DNA of 58,335 bases from Candidatus Daviesbacteria bacterium. GTDB taxonomy: Bacteria > Patescibacteriota > Microgenomatia > Daviesbacterales > UBA10151. Every line of letters begins with the position of its first letter. Position 1 is the stretch's first letter. The stretch is taken from assembly GCA_016195715.1 (NCBI GenBank), contig JACPZA010000031.1:1-58335 (forward strand), given 5' to 3'. Of the stretch, positions 47,277 to 56,801 are shown one piece after another. The notes below the pieces were generated by a model. The model was not told the DNA's origin and ran no database searches. It was given only the letters and a program-made list of their open reading frames with translations. The position numbers and the translations under genes were made by a program.

Positions 47277-48303
47277 AACAAAAAAAATTAAGCTTTCCAA
47301 TCGAGCAAAGCAGGAACTTCTAATTGAATTATGGGAGGATGCTGCGTTTAATAGAAATTCTTATCTGGAGCTGGAAAAGATGATTATAAACTATAAAAAG
47401 TCTAGACAAGAAAAATGTGATTTTGAATTAACTGATTTAGAAATTCTTTTTAATCTTTCTACATCACGAAATAGAAATTTAATAAATTATGAACAACAAA
47501 GAAACCTTTCAAGTAAGATAGTTGGTTTTTTTGGCTTAAGCGTTGGAAGTCACGCAGCCATTACTTGGATTATAGAATCAAGATCTAGAGTAATAAAAAT
47601 TTCGGATCCAGATAAAATTTCTCCAACGAACTTAAATCGTTTGAGGTTAGGTTGGGAAGATATTGGGAAAGATAAAGTTGATGTGGTTAAACATCAATTA
47701 CTTAAAATAAACCCTTATCTAAATATAGTTCTAACAAAAAAAACTGATTTTAATACCATAAACAATATTTTTAATAATTCTCCAAAACTATCTGCTGTTA
47801 TTGATGCGATCGACGATATGGAAGGAAAAATTATTTTAAGAAAACTAGCAAAAGAGAATAAAATTCCTTTAATCTCGGCTGCAGATGTTGGAGATAATAT
47901 CGTATTAGATATAGAGAGATATGACCAAGATTTAAATCTTGAGCCTTTCTTAGGAAGGATTAGTAAGCAAGAAATTCAGTCTTTTCCCAAAATGTCAGAT
48001 CTTGAAAAAAAGAAAATGATTATTAAATTAGTGGGTTTTGAAGAAAACAGCGAACAAATGCTTGATTCTTTACTTGCGTTAGGGAAAGATCTTTCGACTT
48101 GGCCTCAACTAGGTGCGACTGCTACTATCGCAGGCGGAATAATCACAACGACTTTAAAAAAGATTTTTCTGGGAGAAAAAATAAAATCAGGCAGGTATTA
48201 TTTCTCCTTAGATTCGATACTCGTTCAGGATTTTAATTCAAAAACTAACCAAAAAGTGCGCAATGAAAAAATTAAGCAAATTAAGACTAAGTTTAAAATA
48301 TAG
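47269..48303 (+). CDS. ThiF-family adenylyltransferase (Rv1355c/OxzB/TyzB-like)
   Basis: SRNRNLI..EQQ, GFFGLSVGS, DPD.IS.TNLNR, DAIDD...K, DIERYD, WPQL. Confidence 0.88.
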   Translation: MVKTKKIKLSNRAKQELLIELWEDAAFNRNSYLELEKMIINYKKSRQEKCDFELTDLEILFNLSTSRNRNLINYEQQRNLSSKIVGFFGLSVGSHAAITWIIESRSRVIKISDPDKISPTNLNRLRLGWEDIGKDKVDVVKHQLLKINPYLNIVLTKKTDFNTINNIFNNSPKLSAVIDAIDDMEGKIILRKLAKENKIPLISAADVGDNIVLDIERYDQDLNLEPFLGRISKQEIQSFPKMSDLEKKKMIIKLVGFEENSEQMLDSLLALGKDLSTWPQLGATATIAGGIITTTLKKIFLGEKIKSGRYYFSLDSILVQDFNSKTNQKVRNEKIKQIKTKFKI

Positions 48304-48312
48304 AATGTACTT

Positions 48313-49404
48313 ATGAATTTTAATTTAACTGATAAAGAGATAGAGACACTTTTTAGGGCAGGAGAGCAATCTCCTTCTGGAGGAAATGTTCAACCTTGGA
48401 ACGTATCTCTTAAAAAAAACCTAATAGAGGTTACTTTGGATCCGATTCGCTCTAAAATTAGTGATTTTTTAGATGTTCACTGCTTTGCTTCTATCTTTGC
48501 TCTAGGGTGTTTTACTGAAAATATCTTGATTGCTGCAAGAAGCTTAGGTTTAAAATTTAATTATGAATTAAAAACTTCAGAAAAAGTAGAGTATTTTAAA
48601 GTTCAGATAACGTTTTTCGGGAGAGAGAAAGTTTATACAACAGAAGATCTTAGTATCTACGTTCCAAAGCGAGTAACAAATCGTCAAATATCAGATGGCA
48701 CAGTAATCGATCAAAAAGATATTGAATTGCTCATTAAACAATGCTTAGCTTTTTCAAAAGGACAGTTTAATTTAAATACATGCTCATCAAGTACTTCAAA
48801 AAAAAATATTGCTAGAATTTTAGGTAAGGCTGATGGAATAAGAATGACAAAACAAGAAACCTACGAACAAATGATGAGAGAATTTCGTTGGTCTGAATCA
48901 GAGGCAAAGCTATCAAAAGATGGTCTAGATCTAAAAACCCTAGAGCTACCTGGCAATGTAGAAAAACTTTTTTTTCTAATTCGAGACTATCCATTTATAA
49001 GAGAAAAATTTCCTTTAAAAATTTTTGAAGATTTTGCAAAACCTTTACTTTTAAATAGTTCACATCTTTGTTGTTTATCTACAAATTCTTCATTGAGTCC
49101 TCAAGTACTATTTGAGGGAGGGAGGATTTTAGAAAGAATTTGGTTAATTTCTACTAAACTTAATCTAGCTTTTCAACCCTGGACACCTCTTATCTATTTT
49201 TTAATCAGAACTGATTATTTTAAGGGAGAAGGATTTTCTAAGGAAGAGATTAAGTCAGTAAGAAATTTAGGAAAATTATTACGTAAAGAATTTTCTTTGA
49301 AAAATAAAGCTAATTTAGTTTTCTTCTTTAGGCTTTCTAAAGCAAAACCTGCCAGTTATAGGTCTATTAAAAGATCTTGGAGTGAATTTGTAACTATAAA
49401 TTAG
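48313..49404 (+). CDS. Nitroreductase-fold FMN oxidoreductase (Acg/TyzC-like)
   Basis: SPSGGNVQPW, ALGC..EN, RVTNR, DGLD..TLEL, GGR.LERIWL...LAFQP. Confidence 0.85.
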   Translation: MNFNLTDKEIETLFRAGEQSPSGGNVQPWNVSLKKNLIEVTLDPIRSKISDFLDVHCFASIFALGCFTENILIAARSLGLKFNYELKTSEKVEYFKVQITFFGREKVYTTEDLSIYVPKRVTNRQISDGTVIDQKDIELLIKQCLAFSKGQFNLNTCSSSTSKKNIARILGKADGIRMTKQETYEQMMREFRWSESEAKLSKDGLDLKTLELPGNVEKLFFLIRDYPFIREKFPLKIFEDFAKPLLLNSSHLCCLSTNSSLSPQVLFEGGRILERIWLISTKLNLAFQPWTPLIYFLIRTDYFKGEGFSKEEIKSVRNLGKLLRKEFSLKNKANLVFFFRLSKAKPASYRSIKRSWSEFVTIN

Positions 49405-49453
49405 AAAATGTTTTAGTTGCAGCTTATGTCGTTTGGGATTTATTATAATACAT

Positions 49454-51646
49454 ATGCTATCTTTTGATCTTTTATTTGTGATTATTGCCGTTATTGGTAA
49501 TTTCATTTTAGGTTTATTTACTCTTCGCAAAAACCCTAAAAGTGCTACTAATTTATTGTTTTTTCTTTTTACTATCTCTATCACTACTTATATAATTTTT
49601 AATTTCTTAGTTACTTATCAAAAAACTGACCAGGCAGCCTTTTTTTGGGTAAAAGCAGTGATGAGTAATGCTGTTTTTATTAATTTGTTGTTTTTTTTAC
49701 TTACTTCAACTTTCCCAAGTCCTAAATTTTCATTAAATCGAAAAATTTTCTGGGCTTCGACTATTTTTTCGCTTTTTTTGGCTCCCGCAGCACAGCTCAA
49801 TTTGATTTTTATATCCGCTAAGGCTTCAGGAGGTGGGGGAGTTCCAGGAATAGCTATGCCATTTTTTCTTTTGCATACTGCACTTTATTTAGGAGGCGGT
49901 TTTATCACTCTTGTAAAAACTTTTAGAAAATCTAATGGATTTGAAAAAGAACAAGTTAAACTTTTTTTATTTGGCACAATTTTAATGTTTATTTCTATTC
50001 TGTTTGGAAATTTACTTCTGATTTTAATTTTTAATAATAGTTCATTTATTGGGCTATTACCAATTTACACTTTAATTTTTATAAGCACTATAAGTTATGC
50101 AATCGTGAAGAATAAATTTTTAGATATTAACTTGCTAGTTGCAAGATCTGTAGTTTATACACTTTTGGTTTTCATAATCGCATTATTCTATACCGGCTCG
50201 ATATTTAGCGTAACTAATTTATTTTTTAATGGTCAGATAACTCGTTTGCAAGCCATAATTTATTCAGTATTTGCTCTTTTTGTCGCCCTAACTTATCCAT
50301 ATTTAAAACAAGCTATTGAAAAGTTAACTGATAAAGTTTTGTTTAAAAATAATTATGACTCAAATGAGCTTTTATCTTCTCTGACAAAAATAATGGCATC
50401 AACCTTGCAGCTTGAGGATTTAACTAGACTAACTTTGCATAAATTACTTGAGACAGTGCACATTAGCAAAGGAGCTTTTTTAATTTTGGAAGAACAGAAA
50501 TTTTACCCTCCAATAGCTGAAGGTTTTGATAATACTAATTTTAACAGCAGTTTAATGGAGTGGCTTTGTAGTTTTAAAAAAATCTTAATTTTTGATGAGG
50601 AAGAAAATCCTAAGATTAAAATAATTTTAAGACAATTGAATTTTTCAGTGGTGTTACCACTTTTTGTGGGCCAAACTATTCATGGACTTTTGGTTTTAGG
50701 CGATAAAAAGTCTGGTGAAATTTATTCAAGTCAAGATATTAAAATGTTGGAAATTTTTGGACCAGAAGTTTCGGTTGCAGTCCAAAATTCTAAAGCTTAT
50801 GAAGAGATTAAGCGCTTTAATATTACTTTAAAAGAAGAAATTGATAAAGCCACAAAAGATTTACAAGTTGCAAACAAAAGGTTGGAAGAGTTAGATAAAA
50901 TAAAAGATGACTTTGTCTCGGTTGCTTCCCATGAACTGCGGACTCCTATGACCGCGGTTAGGTCTTATGCTTGGATGGCGTTAAATAGACCAGATGTACC
51001 TTTATCTGAAAAACTTAAAAAATATTTGCAGCGAACTTTAATTTCCACAGAACGATTAATAAATTTAGTCAATGATATGTTGAATATCTCAAGAATTGAA
51101 TCAGGTAAAATTGAAATTAATCCTCAAGCATTTGATGTTGAAACTCTAGTTGATGATGTTTTACTAGAAGTTGGTCCAAAAGCCAAAGAGAAAAATCTGC
51201 ATTTAGTCTCTTATAAAACTCAAATTCCCAAAGTTTTTGCTGATCCAGACAAGGTTCATCAAGTATTGCTAAATTTAGTAGGCAATGCTCTTAAATTTAC
51301 CCCCGAAAATGGAGGGGTAAGTATTTCATTTTTTACGGATGGACAAATGGTAGATATTTCAATAAAAGATACTGGGGTTGGAATAAGTTCAGATGATCAA
51401 AGACGCCTCTTCCAAAAATTTGGCAGGCTTGATTATTCTTATGTTGCCTCAGCTACATCTGGGGGGACAGGTTTGGGACTATTTATTTGCAAAAGTTTAG
51501 TCAGCTTAATGAAAGGAAAGATTTGGGCAGAGTCTGATGGAATAAATATGGGTTCAACTTTTTCTTTTTCACTACCAGCAGCAACCCCAGAGGTTTTAAA
51601 ACAAGCGGGAAAATATACTACTAAAGTAGACGGTGAAGAGGGTTAA
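49454..51646 (+). CDS. Membrane sensor histidine kinase (N-terminal 7TM-type sensor, extra TMs, GAF, HisKA, HATPase)
   Basis: About 9 TM segments with KNPKSATN and YAIVK..LDI; GAF LGDKKSGEIYS..DI; SHELRTP; NALKF; GGTGLGL. Confidence 0.93.
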   Translation: MLSFDLLFVIIAVIGNFILGLFTLRKNPKSATNLLFFLFTISITTYIIFNFLVTYQKTDQAAFFWVKAVMSNAVFINLLFFLLTSTFPSPKFSLNRKIFWASTIFSLFLAPAAQLNLIFISAKASGGGGVPGIAMPFFLLHTALYLGGGFITLVKTFRKSNGFEKEQVKLFLFGTILMFISILFGNLLLILIFNNSSFIGLLPIYTLIFISTISYAIVKNKFLDINLLVARSVVYTLLVFIIALFYTGSIFSVTNLFFNGQITRLQAIIYSVFALFVALTYPYLKQAIEKLTDKVLFKNNYDSNELLSSLTKIMASTLQLEDLTRLTLHKLLETVHISKGAFLILEEQKFYPPIAEGFDNTNFNSSLMEWLCSFKKILIFDEEENPKIKIILRQLNFSVVLPLFVGQTIHGLLVLGDKKSGEIYSSQDIKMLEIFGPEVSVAVQNSKAYEEIKRFNITLKEEIDKATKDLQVANKRLEELDKIKDDFVSVASHELRTPMTAVRSYAWMALNRPDVPLSEKLKKYLQRTLISTERLINLVNDMLNISRIESGKIEINPQAFDVETLVDDVLLEVGPKAKEKNLHLVSYKTQIPKVFADPDKVHQVLLNLVGNALKFTPENGGVSISFFTDGQMVDISIKDTGVGISSDDQRRLFQKFGRLDYSYVASATSGGTGLGLFICKSLVSLMKGKIWAESDGINMGSTFSFSLPAATPEVLKQAGKYTTKVDGEEG

Positions 51647-51709
51647 GTTACTTGAGCCCGCAGCGCTTTAAAACTTGCTATTTTGGCTTAAATTCGCTAA
51701 ATTAAAACT

Positions 51710-52099
51710 GTGGATCCAAAAAATAAAAAGATTTTAATAGTTGAGGATGATCAATTTTTAAGGGAGTTTTATCAAGAACTTTTATCAACTGAAGGATTTG
51801 TGGTAGATGTAGCAGCAGATGGGGAAATAGCCAATACTAAAATTCACCAAGGTGGTTTTGATTTAATAATGTTAGATATCATGCTTCCCAAAAAAGATGG
51901 TTTGCAAATCTTGCGCGACTATAAAACTAACCCACCAGCAGTTGAAAACGGACCAATTGTAGTTTTAACCAATTTAGGCCAAGATACAATTATTAAACAA
52001 GCCTTTGATTTAGGAGCTTCAGGATATATTGTTAAATCTGCCTTAAATCCAGATCAAGTTTTAGATGAGATTCATAACTACTTAAAAGTCAACGCTTAA
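51710..52099 (+). CDS. Single-domain response regulator
   Basis: ILIVEDD, LDIMLPKKDG, LTNL, YIVK. Confidence 0.94.
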   Translation: MDPKNKKILIVEDDQFLREFYQELLSTEGFVVDVAADGEIANTKIHQGGFDLIMLDIMLPKKDGLQILRDYKTNPPAVENGPIVVLTNLGQDTIIKQAFDLGASGYIVKSALNPDQVLDEIHNYLKVNA

Positions 52100-52108
52100 T
52101 TTTTTTCA

Positions 52109-52873
52109 GTGGCTGCACTAACTATTATTTACCAGGATCCAAATCTCTTAGTTATTGATAAACCAGCTGGTTTGACAGTTTCTCCAACTGAAACAAGTTC
52201 TGATGAAACTTTAGCAGATATCATTAAAAAAGATTTTAACATTGATTTAGAGCGAGCAGGCATAGTTCACAGGTTAGATAAAGATACATCAGGGGTAATT
52301 TTAGTTGCTAAAACTACTGAAGCTCTAGAAAATCTCCAACACCAATTTCAAACTAGAGAAGTTAAAAAAGAATATCTAACTTTAGTTCACGGATTTTTAC
52401 AAAGTGCTGGACAAATTATTGCTCCAATTGGCAGAAACCCAAAAAATAGAGAAAAGTTTACAGTTTTAGTTGGTGGTAAAGAAGCTCAAACTACTTATCA
52501 AACGCTTAAACACTTAGAAATGCCAGAGGATGTTTTGGATGAGCTTTTTGCTGATTTCTCTAAAATCCAGATGCGCAAATTAGCTAACTTAAACTATTCA
52601 AAATTTAGTTTAGTTAGAGTTTTGCCTTTAACGGGTAGAACTCACCAAATTAGAGTTCACTTAAAGCATATTGGTTTTGCGATTGTAGGGGATGAAAAAT
52701 ATGGTGGCAGAAAAATTGTCAGATTAGATCACAGATTTTGTCAAAGGCAATTTTTACATGCTAGTAAAATTTCCTTTAAACATCCAAAAACAAATGAGCA
52801 GTTAGTTTTTGAAAGCCCAATACCAGATGATTTAAAAAATGCCTTAAGTCTTCTTAAAAAGGTCACTATTTAG
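52109..52873 (+). CDS. RluA/RluD-family pseudouridine synthase without S4 domain
   Basis: DKPAGL, VHRLDKDTSG, TGRTHQIRVH, GDEKYG, LHA. Confidence 0.95.
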   Translation: MAALTIIYQDPNLLVIDKPAGLTVSPTETSSDETLADIIKKDFNIDLERAGIVHRLDKDTSGVILVAKTTEALENLQHQFQTREVKKEYLTLVHGFLQSAGQIIAPIGRNPKNREKFTVLVGGKEAQTTYQTLKHLEMPEDVLDELFADFSKIQMRKLANLNYSKFSLVRVLPLTGRTHQIRVHLKHIGFAIVGDEKYGGRKIVRLDHRFCQRQFLHASKISFKHPKTNEQLVFESPIPDDLKNALSLLKKVTI

Positions 52874-52890
52874 TATGATGTAATTAAGCT

Positions 52891-54546
52891 ATGAATACTA
52901 TTTTTTTACAGTTGGCTGCTGTGCTTTTTTTGTCTTCAGTATTTGGTTATTTAATTAAATTTTTAAAGTTACCCTTAATTGTGGCTTATTTACTAGCAGG
53001 AGTAACTATCTCCGGGGCAACAACTATTTTTAGCAGCTATAATCTCATACCTTCAAACTGGCAAGTTTTAACTTTTTTACCTGGAATTGGTTTAGCTTTT
53101 GTCCTGTTTTTAATTGGAATGGAGCTTGATTTAAGAGAGATTAAATCCCTGGGTAAACCGATTTTAATTACCTCTTTAGGCCAGATTACGATCACTTTTT
53201 TAGCTGGTTTTGCTATCTCAGGTTGGTTAGGCTTTAGCCAAGTAGAAAGTATCTTTTTGGGTTTAGGTTTATCTTTTTCTTCAACCATTGTGATAGTTAA
53301 GCTGCTGTTAGAAAAAAAAGATTTGGCCTCTTTATATGGCAAACTATCTTTAGGGATTACATTAGTAGAAGATTTGGTAGCCATCACTGCTTTAATGGTT
53401 ATTACAGTTGGCAGCTCTGTTTTTAACCTAGGTTTGCAACAAAGTTTTCCCATTCTGATTTTAATTGTTAAAGCAGCAGGTTTATTTTTATTAACATTTG
53501 TTTTATCGAAGTACGTTTTGGAAAATATCTTTAAAGCAGTAGCTAAAAATGTTGAGTTGCTATTTTTAACAGCTATTGCTTGGTGTTTTATTTTTACCTC
53601 TTTAGCTCTGCTTTTAGGTTTTTCTATTATTATAGGTGCTTTTTTAGCAGGAGTAGCTTTAGCATCTTCTCCATATCATTTTCAAATTCAAAGCAAAGTT
53701 AAGCCGTTAAGGGACTTCTTCTTAACCTTATTTTTTGTTTATCTAGGTTCTCAAGTTAAGTTAGGGGATTTATTATCAGCTTGGGGAGCTATTAGCGCAT
53801 TAACTCTTTATGCAATTGTAGTTAAGCCTTTAATTTTTTTGTTGCTTTTAGGAATCTTTGGATTTAGAAAACACACCCTTTTTCATACAGCTCTAAACCT
53901 CTCTCAAATCTCAGAATTTTCTTTAGTCATTATGTTATTTGGACTTAGCAATGGTTCTGTTAGACCGCTAGCTTTATCAGTAATTGCTATGGTTGGAGTT
54001 TTGTCTATTACAGTTTCTTCAACCATGATTACTTATTCCAGACAAATTTACCAAATCTTCTCTCCCTTCTTAAATTTCTTTGAACATAAATCAATGGTCC
54101 ATGTTCTAGAGAATAAGAAAAAAGAAGAAAAAAAGGACCATGTAGTAGTTGTTGGAGGAGAAGGAATAGGTGGGCCGGTGATTAGATTTTTAAAAAGAGA
54201 AGGAATTCCAGAGATGGTGGTGGATTTTAATCCTCATGTCATTGAAAGATTGCAAAAAAATGGAATTGAAGCAATTTATGGGGATATTGCTGACCCAGAT
54301 ATTTTAGATTTTTTGCAACTAGAAAATTCTAAAGTTATTATTTCAGCAGTTGATCATGATGAAGACAATGAACAGTTGCTAAGGGAGTTAAAAAGAAGAA
54401 AAATTAAAGCCTTAATGATCATTAGAGCTTCAGATCCAGACCAAAGTGAGTTGTTTAAGGAGTTGGGAGCAGATTATGTAGTTTTACCAGAGAAAGTCTC
54501 TGGTGAGTTTCTAGTTAATAAATTAAAAACTAGCTGGCTTCATTAA
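52891..54546 (+). CDS. CPA2 cation:proton antiporter with TrkA_N domain (Kef-like)
   Basis: LFLIGMEL, SSTIVIVK, VEDL, GAFLAG, QISEFS; C-terminal GDIAD...GADYVV.PE. Confidence 0.93.
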   Translation: MNTIFLQLAAVLFLSSVFGYLIKFLKLPLIVAYLLAGVTISGATTIFSSYNLIPSNWQVLTFLPGIGLAFVLFLIGMELDLREIKSLGKPILITSLGQITITFLAGFAISGWLGFSQVESIFLGLGLSFSSTIVIVKLLLEKKDLASLYGKLSLGITLVEDLVAITALMVITVGSSVFNLGLQQSFPILILIVKAAGLFLLTFVLSKYVLENIFKAVAKNVELLFLTAIAWCFIFTSLALLLGFSIIIGAFLAGVALASSPYHFQIQSKVKPLRDFFLTLFFVYLGSQVKLGDLLSAWGAISALTLYAIVVKPLIFLLLLGIFGFRKHTLFHTALNLSQISEFSLVIMLFGLSNGSVRPLALSVIAMVGVLSITVSSTMITYSRQIYQIFSPFLNFFEHKSMVHVLENKKKEEKKDHVVVVGGEGIGGPVIRFLKREGIPEMVVDFNPHVIERLQKNGIEAIYGDIADPDILDFLQLENSKVIISAVDHDEDNEQLLRELKRRKIKALMIIRASDPDQSELFKELGADYVVLPEKVSGEFLVNKLKTSWLH

Positions 54547-54557
54547 AAAAAGCTTAT

Positions 54558-54586
54558 TTGACAGAAAAGATTTTGGGTTTTATCAT
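54558..54586 (+). promoter_or_regulatory. Sigma70 promoter of the small ORF
   Basis: TTGACA-17-TATCAT. Confidence 0.72.
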
Positions 54587-54596
54587 ATATTTCAAT

Positions 54597-54722
54597 ATGG
54601 CTTTAGGCTCATTTTATAAAGGTGAAAAGAAAAAAAAGAAAAAAGGGCAGGGCAGTGTTGTGAACTTTGCTCCAGTTTTTGTTCCTCCATCAGTGATTAA
54701 AAAAGGTAAAGATAAATTCTAA
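54597..54722 (+). CDS. Small basic protein (41 aa), absent from the ORF track
   Basis: MALGSFYKGEKKKKKKGQGSVVNFAPVFVPPSVIKKGKDKF*; starts 10 nt after the -10 box. Confidence 0.68.
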   Translation: MALGSFYKGEKKKKKKGQGSVVNFAPVFVPPSVIKKGKDKF

Positions 54723-54775
54723 ATTTTGTGCTTGTGAAAAGTTTCTTTTTGGTTTAAAGTTAAATTAGCTTTAAA

Positions 54776-55915
54776 TTGATTCAAAAGCTTTTCAGACGGA
54801 AGAAAGGTAATCCTGAATCTAAAAAAGGGATTTTTAATGTGCTGGAAAGAAAAGGTACTCATTCTCACTTAAAATCTAAAAAAACACATATTCGAATAAA
54901 ATTTCATCCTCAGAAATCACCAGCCACTAAACTGGCATTTCTAGCCTTGGGATTGATATTGGGAGTATTAATTTTAGGAAAAATAGTTAATTTTTTTGAA
55001 GGTTTAAGTAAACCTTTTAGTCAAGATATTTTAACTAAAAGAAGCTATGTTTGGGATGGCAGTTTTGCAATCAGCATTGCTTTTAAAGGGAGTTCAATTT
55101 GGGTTTTAAATTATGATCCAGAAGAAAAAAAAGCCATAGTTTTAAAGATCCCTGAGGAAACTTATATGGATTTACCCAGAGGTTATGGTTCTTGGAGAGT
55201 TGGCAGTATTTATCAATTAGGGCAAGAAGAAATCAAGTCGATTGGCTCAGAATTGCTAAAAGAATCACTTGCCAAACTACTGGGTTTACCAATTGATGGG
55301 TTTATAACTTTAGATCAAGCCTCAAACCAAGATTTAGATAAAATAATTTTAAGTCTACGTAGTAATCCACTGGCTTTGATTAATTTTATTAGAAATATTA
55401 GAACAGACTTAACTCCTCTGGAAACTGTTTCTTTGCTTAGAGAATTAGCTAAAGTTAGATCAGATAAACTAGTCGCGCTCAATTTAGAAGAATCTAATAT
55501 CACCAAAAGTAAACTTTTACCAGATTCATCCCGAGTTTTGGGTGTAGATACTGTTAACTTAGATTTATTTATTCGAGATAAAATGTCAGATCAAAAAATT
55601 TCTCAAGAAAATTTAGAAGTAGCAATTTTTAACGCTACAACTCATCCAGGCTTAGCGCTTGATGTAGCCAGAGTTGTAACTAACTTAGGCTCTAATGCAA
55701 TTATTGTTTCAAACAGTGAAGATATTTTACAAAAATCTATAGTCACTTCTGAAAACAACCGGAACAGTTTAACATTTAAACGCTTGAGTCAAATTTTTGC
55801 ACCAGATTGTTTTAAAAAACCATGTCAAGCGAGTGATCCTAAAATAAAAAATTCCCGAGCTCAAATAAACATAGTTTTAGGAGAAGATTATTACAATGCA
55901 AATTATCAGCGCTAG
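54776..55915 (+). CDS. LCP-like membrane protein with C-terminal LytR_C domain
   Basis: TM, IP.ETY...LLGLPIDGF...TDLT; AIFNATTHPGLA...INIVLGEDY. Confidence 0.78.
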   Translation: MIQKLFRRKKGNPESKKGIFNVLERKGTHSHLKSKKTHIRIKFHPQKSPATKLAFLALGLILGVLILGKIVNFFEGLSKPFSQDILTKRSYVWDGSFAISIAFKGSSIWVLNYDPEEKKAIVLKIPEETYMDLPRGYGSWRVGSIYQLGQEEIKSIGSELLKESLAKLLGLPIDGFITLDQASNQDLDKIILSLRSNPLALINFIRNIRTDLTPLETVSLLRELAKVRSDKLVALNLEESNITKSKLLPDSSRVLGVDTVNLDLFIRDKMSDQKISQENLEVAIFNATTHPGLALDVARVVTNLGSNAIIVSNSEDILQKSIVTSENNRNSLTFKRLSQIFAPDCFKKPCQASDPKIKNSRAQINIVLGEDYYNANYQR

Positions 55916-55937
55916 TTTTGTAATCGCAGGGGCAAGT

Positions 55938-56705
55938 TTATAAACTTAGTTCTTCAATATCAGACTCATTTGAATCAGAAATAGAATCATCATAAGATAA
56001 ACTAATGTGATCTGACGAATAAGTAATAACAGAGGAGTTATCTAAAAATGAGGGTTGATTTTTAAATCTTCTAGCTCTAAATACTTCTCTGATCAAAATC
56101 GACAATCCATTTGGTTTAACAGATTTTAGCAGAGCACAATATTTATTACCTCCTTTAATTAGCTTTAACAGATGATGAGCAGTGTCATCAGCGAGTACCC
56201 CTAAATAATTATTATCATTATCGGTAATAGAAATTCCTCTATTTTTAGTAACCAACTTAACCATTCCACCGGGGTAAAGCCGAGACAGCTTTTGGGGTTC
56301 AGCTACTTTTATTAAAGTTACTACTTTGGTAATTCCAGCTTCTTCTAAAAATAAAGATGGGGAGATGTTGGTTGAATTAGAAGAATTAGCTAGGCCCTCT
56401 TTTGGTTCATTTTTTTTAAAGGTAGAAACTCTTTTTAAATTTTTTTGAGCAATACTATTATAAGGATCAATTTCCAAAACGGATTGATAAATTTTTTTGG
56501 CTTGTTGGTATTTTCCAAGTTCAAAAAGTGCTCTGGCTAGTCTATTTAAACAAGCTGTATTTTGAGGATTTTCTTTGATAATTTGTTTATTAATCTCTTC
56601 AGCCTTGTTCCAATTACAATTTAGTGCTGCATCAATTGCCAAATTATCTAAGTTTTGAAAAGAATGGCTTGAATTAGTTGTAGAATTAAGCAAGTCAGCT
56701 GCCAT
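55938..56705 (-). CDS. TPR protein with C-terminal beta-barrel (HIRAN-like) domain and acidic tail
   Basis: TPR CLNRLARA...DPYNSIA.KNL; FLEEAG.TK; YLGVL...L..LIKGGNKY. Confidence 0.75.
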   Translation of the reverse strand: MAADLLNSTTNSSHSFQNLDNLAIDAALNCNWNKAEEINKQIIKENPQNTACLNRLARALFELGKYQQAKKIYQSVLEIDPYNSIAQKNLKRVSTFKKNEPKEGLANSSNSTNISPSLFLEEAGITKVVTLIKVAEPQKLSRLYPGGMVKLVTKNRGISITDNDNNYLGVLADDTAHHLLKLIKGGNKYCALLKSVKPNGLSILIREVFRARRFKNQPSFLDNSSVITYSSDHISLSYDDSISDSNESDIEELSL

Positions 56706-56801
56706 CAAGCTTAAAAGTATAGAAGCACTCAATAATAATGTCAATATAGGAATGGAGAGGTTTGCACTTCAGTTTTTCTGTTATATAATTGCTGGATAAA
56801 T

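Noticed and set aside
47269-48303. ThiF as a thiamine/Moco, ubiquitin-like or CBASS E1, or RiPP enzyme
   Set aside because: No sulfur carrier, E2/JAB, cyclase or precursor peptide nearby; GLSVG, DIERYD and WPQL motifs plus the nitroreductase partner fit the Rv1355c/OxzB-type clade
99-55506. Many short antisense or alternate-frame ORFs in the track (e.g. 99-422, 4206-4628, 10012-10443, 29316-29624, 34682-35029, 53037-53453)
   Set aside because: They lie within well-supported genes, have no motifs and look like shadow ORFs
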